From Perkinsela sp. CCAP 1560/9 (lineage: Eukaryota; Protista; Euglenozoa: Kinetoplastea), in NCBI GenBank assembly GCA_965644495.1, contig CBFFSA010000001.1:124001-188000 (forward strand): a stretch of 64,000 nt of DNA, written 5' to 3'. The notes beneath the pieces are model-generated. The model was not told the DNA's origin, did not search any database, and was given only the letters and a program-made list of their open reading frames with translations. The position numbers were made by a program, and so were the translations under genes. Of the stretch, positions 63,752-64,000 are shown piece by piece. The first letter of the stretch is position 1. The number at the start of each line of letters is the position of its first letter.

Positions 63752-63960
63752 AATCCAGGTATATAGAGTCGAGGGAGATACGAAGCAACAGATGTAGCAA
63801 ATTCCCACTGAAAAGAAATCGTATCTCCCTGCACGAAGTTGGCTCCAAGCTAGCAAGCGCATAGGTAGGCAGTTCTCGTGCAGGGAGATACGATTTCTTT
63901 TCAGTGGGAATCTGCTACATATGTTGCTTCGTATCTCCCTCGCCCCTTTATACCTGGATT
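63752..63960. mobile_element. Foldback MITE (GGGAGATAC family), ~85-bp inverted arms
   Basis: AATCCAGGTATA..CGAGGGAGATACGAAGCAACA...GTATCTCCCTGCACGA mirrored by TCGTGCAGGGAGATAC...TATACCTGGATT. Confidence 0.85.
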
Positions 63961-64000
63961 TGTAAAACAAAAATTAGTAAATTTTTAATTAGTTAAACAC

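Noticed and set aside
1-64000. tRNA, rRNA or spliced-leader RNA genes
   Set aside because: No cloverleaf, rRNA-conserved or SL-like sequence recognised by eye; a tRNAscan/Infernal run would be needed to exclude them

Overview
Compact eukaryotic protist DNA with kinetoplastid-like organisation, plausibly Perkinsela-like (organism assignment is inference). About 35 intronless host genes all lie on the + strand with short spacers. They include DIM1, an SP-RING SUMO ligase, a PhoD phosphatase, SerRS, TMA7, archease, a DEK-like protein, selenoprotein K, Pol eta, uL16m, a CDF Zn transporter, an ER DnaJ, a MAPKK, VPS50, a RING+ePHD protein, SUMO, PRP38, QCR6, an SF3B4-like protein, RPN7, V-ATPase subunit a and eIF4G. 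Between them is a varied set of DNA transposons and MITEs: Merlin/IS1595 (one complete with TIRs and an 8-bp TSD), pogo-like, Tc1-like, hAT-like, a TTAA-flanked piggyBac-type MITE, foldback MITEs and a gag-like relic. The most striking unexplained signal is a series of 1-1.5 kb GC-rich islands. In each, the + strand flips sharply from C/A-rich to G/T-rich, always with the same polarity and overriding codon and amino-acid choice inside conserved genes; these are candidate bidirectional replication-origin or recombination/repair footprints. Also notable is a UGA-recoded SelK with a GUGA-type SECIS carrying an extra side hairpin. There is one 200-N assembly gap (6097-6296).
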